Shown: positions 50,640 to 64,000, numbered from the stretch's first letter. The stretch is 64,000 nt of DNA from Geosiphon pyriformis uo1 (GCA_016748015.1 JAAOMT010000664.1:256715-320714), one strand, 5' to 3'. Numbers and translations: made by a program. The notes: generated from the sequence alone by a model not told the origin.

Positions 50640-51799
50640 TTTTTTATTATGAGTTTAATAAGTATGGCCTAACTACTATCTAGAAATTAAGACCAAACTA
50701 AGTGATCCAGGGCTAAATATAGTTTATATGCTTACTATATGTAACCAGCTACTTAAGCCAGTTCAGGCTATACTACATTGATGTACCAGAAGAAAACTTA
50801 TCTAAAGAAGACATTCTTTGAACAATCTCAAATAATGTAGTATTATTATTAACTAATCCAACCAACCACTCAGTTGTCTTAAAGGCATTAGTTTTTATAG
50901 CAGCAGATTCATGTTCCCAAAGAAACATCAAATTAGAAAACATATTATCATCAAAAGATAACAAACTTACATGAAGGCCAGACATATTAACATCCTCAAA
51001 ACCACACTCAGTTTTCAGAGCAACCACTTTTTACTCCAACTTACTAAAAATACTCATGTGAATCAAAATCTTATTGACTCTGAGGCCAAGAGCAGAACTT
51101 GAAACCAGATTACCATTAACAAATTGTTCAAAAACTTTGACTATAGAGCCAACAGGTAACCCAACAAAAGAAGATTGTTTTGTTTCCAGAATTGGTGAAG
51201 ATCTGTCAGAAGACATCACATTTGGCAACACAGCCAGTGGTTGATCTTGGCCTATCTTGGATAATATGCTGGATAATGCTATAGAGATCTCATCTAAGAT
51301 CTCATTGCAAACCACAAAAGAGTTCGGTGTAACAATAGCAGAGACAAGCAACTGCTCCCATTTTTCTAAACTTTTTGTCTTTTTGACCATTTTTTTTGAA
51401 GAGAAGATGCTAAAAGCACCAGATGTTGAAGCTATGGAGGGAAATACCAGTTTGTTAACTGGTCTATTATTAAACACTTTTGGGCTTTTAATAGGAGTGG
51501 AGGCAACACTGGGACTAACCCAAGTGTGTCTCTTTGAAGAAACTTTGACTGGTGAAAAACCAGCCAAAGATAAGGAAGTTGCTTTAGTAGCTATCAAAAA
51601 CAGCTTTTCACGATTACTGGATAAAAGAAAGGCTTTTAAAACGTTCTGTCTAGTTGTTTCTATAACAGAAAGAGCTCCTCTGGTTAAAATTTTATTAGAT
51701 ATCTCAGGACAGATATCAGATGCAGCTTTTTTACTTTTTGCTCTAGTTGTAGTCATAAAATTAAGAAGACAAAGAGTTTTTTATTATTATGTTAATTTT
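50640..51799 (-). mobile_element. Non-autonomous poly(A) retroposon with a single ORF1-like frame (HAL1-like)
   Basis: 12-bp TSD AAAGAATTTCAA (50628-50639 and 51800-51811), an A tail, one reading frame at 51756-50773 with a single internal stop, no RT, and a 3' UTR similar to the LINE's 3' UTR. Confidence 0.75.
50773..51756 (-). pseudogene. LINE ORF1-like protein (~327 codons, one premature stop at 51031-51033, probably internally deleted)
   Basis: ORFs 51031-51756 and 50773-51027 are in frame. Ser-rich N-terminus and helical C-terminus. ORF1 identity is inferred from context and recalled similarity, not from a catalytic motif. Confidence 0.55.
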
Positions 51800-53034
51800 T
51801 TGAAATTCTTTGTATAATAAACAGAAATTTAATATAATAATAAATAATACTTAATATTTAATTTTTTTAGTATAATAACTAGTTTATTTTGGTGTTTTTA
51901 CTTTTTTAATAAATAACCTTAGTTTTTTTAACTGTATTTTATGTTTTTTCTTGGCATTTTTTATCAAGCAATTTTTGATATTATAATTTTAACACTTTTT
52001 TTAATTAATTAATAAATATAAATAAAAAAATAAAATAAAAATTATTATCTTATTAATAATTATAATTAAAAGTTATTGTTTTAGTGTTATTAATAATATT
52101 GTATTAATATTATTAGTGTTAATAAAGAGTAATTAAATTTTAATAAAATTAATTAAAATTTATAAAGCTATATTTAAATAATATAATTTAATAATTTTAT
52201 TAAAATAATTTATAGATTTTAAGTATTAAATTATTAATTATAAAAGTTAATTAATAAGATAAAATTAAACTTATTTCTAATTAAGCTTGTTTATTTTTTT
52301 GCTTTTAATATTTTTGTTATATATATATAAATTTTTATAATATAAAATTTCTAGAATTTTTAATATTTCTAACAGTATTTTTGGAATTTTTAACATTTCT
52401 AAAATTTTTGAAATTTCTAATAATATTTTTAAAATTCTTAATATTACATGTTTTAATAATCTTATATTCTGTTATTGATTATTTATATTATATTTTTTTA
52501 TTATTATTTTTTGTTTTATTCTATGTATTTTATAATTTTATTAAGTTAACTATAGAACTTTAATTGTTTTTTATATAATAAATTTTTGTCTATAAACAAA
52601 ATTTTATTAATTATTTTTCTAAATATGTTGAAAAATAATAATATAGTTAATATTATATATTTAAATATGTATTTATTTATTTTATTACCAGTTTTTTTCT
52701 TTTAATAATGGTTTTTTTTATTTAATAACAGTATATATTTTATTGTTATTATTTATAATAATATTTTTTAATAATTAAAGTAATATTTAAATAATTTTTG
52801 GTTTAATATTCATAAAAAGTATAGAAAATATTTTAAATATTTTAATTTAAAAAATAATTATTTATGTTAATAAAAAATATCTTTGGTTTAAAAATAGTAT
52901 ATTTATTTATAACTAAGTTTTACTAATTTTTTAAGTTAATATTATTATAATAAATAACCAATTAGATTATTTGTAATATTTTTTAAGTTATATATTATAT
53001 ATAAATTAATTATTAAAGACTATTTATATTGATT

Positions 53035-53220
53035 TTATAAGATATTATTAATTATTATATGTATTAGTCATTAATATTATATAATTAGCTATTTTATTTT
53101 TAGAAAATTATCAATAACTTAATCAATAATCTAATTATTAATTTAATTATTAACTTAATTAATAATTTAATTGTTAAATTAATTGTTAATCTAGTTATTA
53201 ACTACTTTAAATAGTTACAT
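53035..53220 (+). repeat. Decayed B-family LTR U3 fragment with ~8 12-bp units
   Basis: TTATTAATTATTATATGTATTAGTCATTAATATTATATAATTAGCTA matches 13112-13160. Confidence 0.65.
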
Positions 53221-53415
53221 TTTTATTTTATTTTATTTAATAAATATAATTTAACTACTATTTAGTATATAAAAACAAATTAAGTAAATCTAATTAAACA
53301 TAATTTATATACTTATTACATATAACCAGTCATTTAAACCAATCAAAACAATACTATACACTTATATAAATTTTTGTATTATTGTTTATACTTGAAAAAA
53401 AAACACACTTTATAC

Positions 53416-53553
53416 TATTACAGATAATTATTTGGAATATTAGAATAAATAACAAATCTGTAATTTAGTGCTTAATAGTTATTAAAATGATTTAAAAGTT
53501 TTGGTTGAGTTTTTTGTATAATGAACAAAGATTTAATTAATGATTTTTTCTAT
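53416..53553 (-). repeat. Partial A/D-family LTR (U5 end) abutting element E
   Basis: TATTACAGATAATTATTTGG...TTGGTTGAGTTTTTTGTATAATG matches the LTR ends. Confidence 0.7.
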
Positions 53554-56385
53554 TGTTACAGATAATTATTTAGATGTTAGAATAAATAACAAACTTATAA
53601 CTTAGTGTTTAATAGCTATTAATAATAGTAATTTCTGAAGATTTTATGATTTAAAGATTTTAGTTGAGTCTTTTGTATAATAGACAAAGATTTAATTGAT
53701 GGTTTTTTTTATGAATTTTTTTTTTCAATATAATAGCTGGTTTAATTTAACAGTTATGCTTTTTTGGTAAGCTATTTTTAAGTTGTTTATTCTTGTTTTA
53801 TGAGTTTTTTACTAAACTATTCTTGACATCAATTACTTAATACTTAATTCTTTTAATAAATTAATAAACAACAAATAAAAAAAAAAAATAAAAAAATAAA
53901 AAAAAAATTGATATTCTGTTAATAATTATAATCAAAAGCTATTAATTTAGTATAATTAAATATTGGATTCTATCAATATAGATTGTTAATCATGTGAAAG
54001 TAATTAATATTTTTTAATCAAACAATAATAACATGAATTGGATGATAATAGATCTTTTTATTAATATGTATATAATTTTATTTTAAGTTATAAAAAACTA
54101 TTTTTTAAAAGAAATAATATTTTATAATTCTTTGTTTTTAGCTTTTGTTTTTTTTTTCTGCTTCTAATACTCTTATTATATATACATAATTCATATTATA
54201 TGAAATCTTATATATTTCTACTTTTTTTTATATTACTTCTTAAAAATGTGCTTATTTCTGAAAATATACTATAATTTTTTAAAAATATGCTTACTTATTA
54301 AGTACTATTCTTCTATTGGTATATTTTATAATTTGTTTTTTCTTATATTTTTTTTTTATAAATAATATTATCTCTTCTTTCAATATTAAGCTCTATCAAA
54401 ATTTTTATTTTAAATTAAGTCTATTATTTCTCTTTTTAATACTGTCTATTTAATTCTAATTCTTATGTTTTCGAATTAAGAATTGGTTATTTTTTTCTAC
54501 TGGTTAATAATTATTGTTTTTATCTTTAAATATAGTAGTATTTCTGAATAATCTTAAAATAAGTATGTAGTCAATAAATTGTTTTAATATATAATATAGA
54601 ACTTGTTTTTTTTCTAATAAAGTTTTTAATCTGTTGTACTATTTTTTAATTGAATATTTTTTTAGATTTGTTGATATACAATTTCTGAATATTCAGCTTT
54701 TGTTTTAACTAATAGTAACAGTATGCTATTGGAAGTTGTTTTATCTATAGTTTCTAATTTTCTTTAATTAATTCTTTTGTAAAAATAGTAATTAGTATTT
54801 TTTTAAAAGTATTCTTTACTTTTTTTATGATTTTATTTAACCAGTACTTTTTTTGACTTTGTAGTTACTAATATGAAGTAATTTTTGCTTTTTTTTTGTG
54901 TTTTTATAACAAATTGTTTGGTAATTGATAATAATTTTTATGTTCAATTGTTGTTAATTTATAGCTTAAAACAATTTTTGTATTATTATATAAATATAGT
55001 CTGAAATTTCTATTTTTTATTGTTGTTTTTGTTACATATATTGTGTCTTTATATATTTTTATTTTGATCTATTTTTTGTGTTTTTTTTAATGATTACAAT
55101 TGGTTTCAAATTTTGTGAAATCTTATTTGGTTTAACTAGTATTTTTTGTACTCTTAGTTGTAAAATATTACTAATAAATAATAATACTATTATGAATTAG
55201 AATAACAAGCTAATAGATAGCAAAAGAGAACAGAATTGTAAGGTAATAAAAGAAATCAAAAGGAATTTAACTTCAAAGAGCAAATTGAATAAGTATAGAT
55301 TTAATGTGCAAGATTAATCTTATAAAATATTTCAGTTGCTATACTTTTCAAAAGATAACCAGAGAATCTGAAAGTAGAGAAATAGTCTGTACTGTCAACA
55401 AATGATTACACACTAGTATAATTATATGCCTTATATTGGCATTTTTAGAATTCAATATCAGATATTAGATGTATTCTTCAGTTATGTTTTATTTAATAAT
55501 CTTCAAATGTTGCAATTACATATTTCAAGAAAAAAGTAAAGAATAACCAACAAGTAATCTTTTATTCCAAGATGTTTAGATACTTGGAGGTAAGGAAAGG
55601 GAAATTAGCAATAAGAGAATGATTAAAATAAAAGTTGTTATTTTATTTCTTTTTTTTCTTTGATTTTTATATGCTTTTTTACAGCTAAGAAATTTATCAC
55701 TTATATAGCTATCAAAAGTGGTCAATAATTAAGTCAATGATTAGATCAATGATCAGATCAATGGTTAAGTCAATAATTAGGTTAATAATCACTATTTAAA
55801 AATAGAATGGCTAATTATATGACATCAGTGACTAATACATGTGATAATTAATAAGAAGTATAGGTTTTAACTGTAACAATACTATATTGTAATATAGTTT
55901 TAGTCAATTATTATGTGCTGTTTTGATTAAAATTTTGTTACTTTATCTTAATTTATAATCTTTATTTCTTAAAACTTCTTTAATATAAAATAAATTATTT
56001 TATTTAGGATCAAACTTTCTATTCTATTGTTTTTTTATTTTAGTATAATTTAAAAGTACTTTGTTTCCAATTTTAAATTCAACCAGTTTATTTGGTAACT
56101 GGTTATTATGTCATTTTTTTTGTTTTTTTTGTGACTTTTGTATATTATTAACTGCTTTTTGTCTTTTGTTTTCTAGAATTTTTATTAAGTTATATGTTCT
56201 TTTTAACAATATTTCTTAAAAGTTGGCTTTTGTTATTAGTTCTGTTAGATATATATTGATACTTATCTCAATTGATAATATTGTTATTTTACTATAGACT
56301 AGTTTAAATAGTGTTGTTTGTATAGTATTTTAATTTATTATCTAATAAACAAATAATATTAATGATATAAACAAATTTTATTTGT
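53554..56385 (-). mobile_element. Truncated A/C-type element E: 3' LTR (53554-54367), PPT, ORF3 remnant (~54380-55013), integrase C-terminus
   Basis: Colinear with C 24967-26290; interrupted by a B-family solo LTR and cut off by F. Confidence 0.82.
55188..55878 (-). mobile_element. Solo LTR of family B
   Basis: Full-length match to the B LTRs, with 6 12-bp units and a perfect TSD ATAC at 55184-55187 and 55879-55882. Confidence 0.9.
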
Positions 56386-57960
56386 TGTTACTTATAAAAA
56401 TAGGAATTATAATAGATAAAAAAATAGCCAATAAGAAAAAAACATAATAAAAAGAGAAATTACAGGATTTCAAAATTCCAAAATTCTAGAATTATTCTTA
56501 AAAAATTGTAGAATTGCAGAATTTCTTTTAAAAAAATTGAAAATTTTAAAAAATCTCATATAACATGAATTATAACAAGAATATTAGAAGCAAAAAAAAA
56601 TAATTTTTAAAATTCAGAACAAAATTAAAAACAAGTAATTATCCAATACTATTTTCTTTAAAAGATAGTTTTTTATAACTTAAAGTAAAATTATATTCAT
56701 ATTAATAAAAATATTTCTCATTATCCAAATTTATATTATTATTGTTTGATTAAAAAATATTAATCAATTTTGTACTATTAACAATTCATGTTAACAGAAT
56801 TTAATACTTAATTATATTGGATCAATAGCTCTTAATTACAATTATTAATAGGATACTAATTTCTTATTTCTTTTTTTCTTTTTTTTCTTTTTTTTTGTTT
56901 TATTTTTTTTGTTATTTACTAATTAATTAAGGAATTAACCACTAAGTAATTGATGTCAAAGATAGCTTGATAAAAGATTTTGTAAAACAAAGATAAAAAA
57001 CTTAAAAATAGCTTATCAGAAAAGCACAATTGCCAAAATAAATCAGCCATTACACTAAAAACAGAAATTGGAAAAACATTAATTAAATTTCTATTTATTA
57101 TATAAAAAACTTAACCAAAACTTTCAAAGTACAAAAATTTTTAAAAATTATTATTATTAATTATTATTGAACATCAAGTTATGAGTTTATAATTTGTTTT
57201 AACACCCTAAATAATTATTTGTAACATTTGGTGCTCTTTGTAAGATATAATTCAACAGAAAACCAACACTAATATTAACTATTTAGAAAAATAACAAAAT
57301 CAAAAATAATAAAAACATACTATTTAAAATTTACCAAATCTTTATTTTAACAATATCAACAATAATTGAAATTAACTAACAATAATTTTCTAGTCAAATT
57401 AGTTTTCAATTTTTACATTAATAAGAGAATTATATATTTTTTAGAAAAACAAGCAGATTTTGAATTAACAAAAAAAATTTCTACAATAAATTATTTCAAT
57501 ATACTAGCTTATTATTGAATTACAATTTTGTTCTAATCATTACTGAAATTAATTGCAAAATTGAAAGATATATTCAACAAAAGTTTCCAATAACATTTGC
57601 AAATAAAGACAAAAATAAAATACAAATATTAGCAAATACATCTAAACCAATACAACCATTTAACTAAAAAAAATCCAAAATCATTTTTCTATTACACTTA
57701 TCTTATTATTATATACCAGAAAATACTATTCACATACCATTTAAATCTGTATTATTGTTAACTGTAAAGACACTATTATTATGAGTATTATTCTAAAATA
57801 ATCAAAAGAAAACCAAATTATTAGGAATTTATGACAATTTCTTTAAAGAATTTAAATTATAATCAACAATTCTATCAGAACTTTAATTATTGCTACCTTA
57901 ACCAAATTTCGAATTTATTAGTAATTGGGCAAACACTAATTCAAAAGAAAAAAAAACTCA
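56386..57960 (+). mobile_element. Truncated element F: 5' LTR (56386-57226), PBS (57229), gag 5' remnant
   Basis: TGTTACTTATAA...GTAACA TTTGGTGCTCTTTGTAAG, followed by gag-homologous sequence. Confidence 0.82.
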
Positions 57961-59119
57961 TTATTAAAGTGTAATAAGACTGGTATTGATATTGTTCTTG
58001 ATTTAAGGTGTAATTCAGAATTTGAAATCTCCAATCAGAGTTTTAATATTAATTTTTCTATTATTGGTTATTAAATATAAAGTGGCAATCTGCTTTTAGA
58101 TAGTTTTGTTTACCACAATAATAATAATTACATGTTTTTTGTTGCCATAGTTAATTTACTGATAATAAACACAATTGATTTTAGAAATAATTGAAGTTTT
58201 TTTAATTGTTACAACATTGTGAAGACTAATAGATTACTTAATTATTAACTAAGTATCTCTCTAATTTCTGGTTGATGTTAGTACTGGTTCTTTGTTGGAT
58301 TATACTTCACAAAAAGCACCAAATATTATAAATGATTATTTGGAGTATTAAAGCAAATAACAAACCCATAACTTAGTGTTCAATAACTGGTAATGTTAAT
58401 AATATCTGAAAGTTTTAGAGTCTAAAGATTTGGTTGAGTTTTTTGTATAATAGACAGAGATTCAATTGATAGTTTTTTCTATGAATTTTTTTCTTTAGTG
58501 TAATGGCTGGTTTATTTTGTTTATCATGTTTTTTTAATAAGCTATTCTTAAATTTTTATTTTTATTTCTGGATTTTTTACCAGACTATTCTTGATGTCAA
58601 ATACTTAATGTTTAATTCTTTTAATCAATTAATAAATAACAAAAAAATAAAATAAAATAAAATAAAATAAAAAAATTAGAAATTAGTATCTTATTAATAG
58701 TTATAATCAAAAGCTATTGTTTTAGTGTAGTTAAGTATTGAATTCTATCAACATAAAATATTGATAAAATAGAATAGATTAATATTTTTTTAATTAAGTG
58801 ATAATAACATGAATTTGATGATAATAAATAATTTTATTAATATAGAAATAATTCTACTTTAAGTTATAAAAAACTATTTTTGAAGAAAGAAATATTGTTG
58901 AATTCTCCTAAACTTACTTTTTCTGCTTTTAATACACTCTTTATATATATAATTTATGTTATACAAGATTTCTAAAAATCTTGTAATTTCTTAAGAGAAT
59001 TCTGGAATTCTGCAATTTTGCAATTTCCCAAGAGAATTTTGGAATTTTTTATTTTACTATATTTATTTTTGATTGGCTATTTTATCTATTATTATATTTT
59101 CTAATTTTTATGAGTAATA
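57961..59119 (-). mobile_element. Truncated element G: 5' LTR (59119-58324), PBS (from 58321), internally deleted gag zinc-knuckle fragment
   Basis: LTR similar to F's; 57961-58275 is homologous to C 31450-31735. Confidence 0.78.
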
Positions 59120-61976
59120 ATATTTTAATTAGAAACACAAATTTTATTAATTAGACCTGAAAATATTTTACAAGATTTAAAACCAATTATTATAATTAAA
59201 CATAGTTTACAAACAAAAATTTAAATTACATAAATTAAATATATAAATATTAAAAAAAACAAAAAAAAAAGCTTAAAATACATTGGTATAAATTTTTTAG
59301 ACAAAATTTTAAAACAATAATTATTTAAAACAATTCAATAATTTACAATACTAATAAAAATTAGAATTAATAAAAAAAAAATATGATACAAAAATACAAG
59401 TAAAAAAAAGTAAACAAAAATTTAATTAGAATTGAATATTTTTATTTTTACAAATAATCAAAAAAGAAAAAAAATACATGGCCTTAAACAATAAAAAAAA
59501 TCAGAAAAACTTTATATAATTTAGTCATAAAACCAAATACTAAAGAGTAGATCTTTAAAATCTTTAAAATGTAAACAAAAAGATTTCTATTAATATACTA
59601 ATTTTTTAAAATTGACAAAAGACTAGACTTATAAATACTGTATATAAACAACAACAAATAAATATTCATTAAAAAAACTTTTAAACAAGTAAAAAAATTT
59701 ATTAGAAGAAACAACTTGACATTATATTATAAGGCAATATACTAATTATATTTAGTATTTAAATACTGTTTTACTATACTATTGAACAATTTATTAAAAA
59801 CTATTATAGTTAACAACATAGAATAAATAACAAATTTTTAGTTTAAAAAACTACAAAAAACAATATTTAATACAATAATTAAATATTATACTAAAAAACA
59901 ATTTTTAAAAATATATATAATTTTACAAAAACTCAATTCTAAAAAAAATATTATTATTATTCAAGTAAAAAAACTAATTCAAAATCATTAAAAGAATATA
60001 ATTAATATATAATAATATAAAAAAAAATTTAATATAAAATAATACAAAATAACATAAAATAACTTAGAATAACACAAAATAATATATAATAATAATATAA
60101 AATAGTACAAAATAACTAGTAATAACATAAAATAACTAATTATAGCATAAAAAAATAAAACAATAACTAAAATAACAAGCAATAGTTAATAATAACAAGT
60201 AATTAAAAGCAATTTTATAAAATTAAAGAATATATATAAAAGTAAATAGTTTCGATAAATAGAAAAGAACAACAAAAAAAGACAAAAATTACTTGTCTTT
60301 TAATATTTTAATATTAGTTTAATAAATTCTTATTTTATATATTTTTAGACCAATTTAATAAAATTTTATTATATAATTTACATATACATAATTCTAATAT
60401 TCTAATTGTCAAAATCAAATTAATTGTTTTTTTATCTTTATATTAGATTAGATATTATTAATATAAAACACTTTTAGAATTTTAATAACTTGAACTAATT
60501 ACTTTTGATTATAATAATTAATGAAATACTAATTTTATTTTTTATTTTTTCTCTTTTGTAAAGTAACAACATTAAAAATTAACTGTTTGAAAATAAACTT
60601 TATAATAGTTTGTTAAAAAAGAGAAGCTTTTTTTAAATTTAAATATTAACTTTATTTTATTAGCTTATTAGAAAGGTAAAAAGACAATATTAAATTTTAA
60701 TAATTGTGCTTATTAGCTTAAAGAAAAATACAACTAAAATAACATAATTGAAAAAATCATATCTTTCTGTTTTATAACAAAAAAATTTAATAGGTAGAAT
60801 TTTAAACAAAAAAAACTTTTAAAAATTGATAATCTATAATATAACCAAAAACAATTTTATTTGATTTATATACTGTTCTTAATATTGAATTATAAGTGTT
60901 AAATATTATGAACATTCACTAAGTTTACCCATAACACTATAAAAGTCAACTTTTTTACAAAAAATCTTAACTGTAGACTACTTAATAATAATAAAAAGAA
61001 AAAAAAATAAACTAAAGAAAAAAAATAAGAAAATATGTTAAAAAAGTTATTTGAATTTAAGCTTAAAAGTTATTAATAATTATTGAAATTGGTAGCTAGT
61101 TAATTTTAAGCTGTTAGTATAAAATAGTTAATTTCGAGCAGAAATAATTAAAGATTTTGTTTTTTAAAGTAAGTTTTATTGGAATTAATTTGTAAAAAAA
61201 TCTAATAAAAAATTAATTTTAAATAAAATATATTTTTTCGAAAAAAAAAGTTTTTTTTTATACAACTTGTTATAGTACTATTTTATAATCTAGCATTTTT
61301 TTTCCTAATATTTTAACAAATTAAAAATATAATTTATTAAACTTTAAGTTATTTTTGCAAACTATAAATTATTTTGGTAAATTATTAAATATTTTATCAA
61401 ATTACTAAATTTTTTAATCAAAGTATTGTATAATCTGATTATTACAATTTAGTTACATTTGTATTCTGTACAAATTAAGTTATTAATTAAATAATAATTT
61501 GAATAATTTGATAAGATAATAAGTAATAATTTGAAATAATAATATATACTAGTTAATAATAAGAATTATAAGAATCATTTTATGTTAAATAATATTTTAA
61601 ATTTTGGCTAATAACAACAAATAGTTTGTTAAAGCTCAGTTTAACCAAAACTCATTTGAAATTAAATTTTTTATAAACAAAGTTTTGAAAAGAGTTATTA
61701 CTAATAAGCAGTTTTTATATTTGGTTTTGATAATGCTTTATCTTATTATTAATTATAATATTCAATTTAGTTTTATTTTTAATGGTGTTTATATTAAGTA
61801 AAATACTTTAATTCATAAGAGCTTAAAATTAAAATCTGGTTTGTTTTTGGACTTTTCAAATAATATAATCTATTATTTTTTTTTATATAATCTAAAAACT
61901 TTTAAACAAGTATAAACTAAATACAAATTGGCTTTTTTCTTGAGTTTTTCAAATATTAATAGTATTATAAGTCAGC

Positions 61977-63746
61977 TAAAGTTCCAATTGAATTGAACCA
62001 AACTAAACCAAATCAAACCAAACTTTGAGTATTTTTCAAATTTGGTTCAAATTATAAACCAAACTTAAACTAAACCAATTTTTTAAAGTAGGTTTAGTTT
62101 GAGTTTAATATTGAATTTTTTTGACAAGTCTGAGTTTGGTTCAAGTTTGGTTCGAAGTTTATAAACCTGTTTAAGTTTAATAAAATTAAAAAAAATATAA
62201 TTTATACTATTTGTTCATTAATCATTACTTTGTTTAATTATTATAATTAGTTAAAAAGATATATAAAACTATGTATATACAACAACTCTACTTTCCAACT
62301 TACCAAAATGAATTCATTGTTAATATTATCTAATGTTACTAAAGATATAAAATTCAAAATAATAGAATTTGATAACCCAAATAATTTAAATATTAATATA
62401 TTTGGTAAACATAATTTTCAAAGTAAAGTATAAAACTATTTTGATAAGTTTGAGTGGACAAAAAAAAACAGTTAAATATATAGTTTCAAAATAAATTATT
62501 TTTTATAGAACTATAGATACAATTAAATTTTTATGGTGCCATTTAAAGACTTTTTATTAAATCATATATATTATAACAAAAAATATTATAAGAAAAGGCA
62601 AAATATCTAAAAATATTACAAGTTAATTAAAAAAATGTTTTAATAAATAAGATTGTTATTTTTTTTTATGATTTTTGGCCAATCTAATTAAAAACTGTTT
62701 TAGTTTTTTGTAGTAACTGCTTTTAATATTAATGAATTTGGTAAAGTATTATAATTTTAATTGTATTTATTTAGTTATTTATTTAATATATTTAATATTA
62801 GATTTATTATTTGTTATAATATCTAGAACAATAAAAAGAAAATTGGTTGAATATTACTTTAAAACAAATATAACTCTAATGCTCTATACTGCATTGAATT
62901 CAAGGAGAAAATTTTATTATTTTACAAAAAAAATTTTTTAAATGACAATATTAATAAAACAAAAAAATTATAAATTATTAATTTATTTAAATAATTTTAT
63001 TTTCCAACTTTTACATAATAAATAAATCTTTAGAATACATATTCTCTTTGAAACAGAGTATATACTAGACATTATACCAATATTAAATAATAGTTTTTTG
63101 TTAAATAACAATTTTAATAATATTATAATATTAGTTACACAATCTATATTAGAGACAGACTTTAACAATAATGAAAAAAAACTTAACAAAATTGATTATT
63201 ATATCTCTAAAAAAATGGCCAATAAAAAAATAGATATAATAGCATAATAAAAGATATATTACAAAAAATATTTATCTAAATTAATATTTTATTAATAATT
63301 TAATATTTAAATACATTAAACACAATTTTTTTATCTTGTATATATGGTTCATAATTATTTAGCAATTCAAAAATTATTTGTTGCTTCTGAACATATCTTT
63401 TCTGTAAGTAAAAATATGATTACAAATATAAAATTTTATTTAGTGTCTAAAACTATTAAAACAGTACAGTGTTTTCAATCATAGATACAAAAACTATTAA
63501 AAAAAAAATTAAATAATAATATAGTATAATATAATGTTTTTAATAGTTAAATCTGAATATGTTCATAAACTTTAAACTAAACTTAAACCAGACTTGTTGC
63601 ATGTATTTAAATTCAGTTCAAGTTCAGTAATTTTAAGTTTGGTTCAAGTTTAAATTTGAAATTTTGCCAAATCTTTTGTTCAAGTTTAGTTTGATTTAGT
63701 AGTTTGATTGAACTTAAACTGAACCAAACTAAACATTAAAACCTTA
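61977..63746 (+). mobile_element. hAT DNA transposon, internally deleted and decayed
   Basis: TIRs TAAAGTTCCAAT / TAAGGTTTTAAT, 8-bp TSD AAGTCAGC/AAGCCAGC, AAACC/GGTTT-type subterminal repeats at both ends, and a dimerization-domain remnant MVHNYLAIQKLFVASEHIFS at 63344-63486. Confidence 0.82.
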
Positions 63747-64000
63747 AAGCCAGCTTTTTGGTTATAGATCTTTGGATTTACAAGTATTAAGTTGGTTTTT
63801 TCACTATTTTTTGCTCTTTGTAATTTATTTTTATGTTAATTTGATCAATAATTTTTTGGCTAATATGATCAGAATTTTTTGTGGCTATAATTTGTCTTTG
63901 GATAACACTTTGCTTTCAATATTTCAGTTTTTTAAAAATATTTCAATGTTTATAGTTCTTAGTAATTTGGTTTTTTTTAAGATTTGTTGTTTAATTAAAT

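Larger units (their letters stand above)
50550..52550 (-). repeat. Highly decayed A/D-family LTR, interrupted by the ORF1-only retroposon
   Basis: The flanks rejoin to TTATACAAAGAATTTCAACTCAAAATTTTCAG, matching U5 of the other LTRs. 8-bp GAATT-type repeats at ~52340-52440; ends approximate. Confidence 0.55.

Noticed and set aside
51257-51817. 186-aa plus-strand ORF
   Set aside because: Antisense to the retroposon ORF; the A tail defines the minus orientation.
53554-59119. E's 3' LTR and G's 5' LTR as two ends of one element
   Set aside because: Their U3 regions differ in type, the flanks (CTAT versus ATAT) do not clearly match, and the interrupted LTR at 53416 does not resume after 59119.
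59120-61970. Short Ile/Leu/Phe/Tyr-rich ORFs here and at 9551 and 52381 as membrane proteins
   Set aside because: Compositional artefacts of near-pure A/T sequence.

Overview
AT-rich eukaryotic (fungal, Glomeromycotina/Mucoromycota-like) genomic DNA. The first ~5.7 kb holds two intron-containing host genes on the minus strand: a RhoGAP-domain gene, truncated by the window edge, and a Sip5/GW2-type RING gene. The remaining ~58 kb is a CpG-depleted, C-to-T/G-to-A decayed transposon nest. A Ty3/Gypsy element A (10829-49200, TSD CTGT) sits inside the 3' end of a LINE ORF2. It carries three nested full-length LTR elements: B (13088-20788, a second family), C (23698-34287, minus strand) and D (38976-49144). 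Further on lie truncated LTR elements, a solo LTR, an ORF1-only poly(A) retroposon whose 3' tail matches the LINE's, and a hAT remnant with TIRs and an 8-bp TSD. Main observation: both LTR families have an unusual three-cistron layout. Gag-PR-(Cys-rich domain, plus dUTPase in A/C/D)-RT-RNase H ends at a stop. Integrase follows as a separate ORF after a 30-65 nt spacer, and a ~210-aa accessory ORF3 of unknown function comes last. All readings were made by eye, with no database search, and the element names A-G are my own labels.
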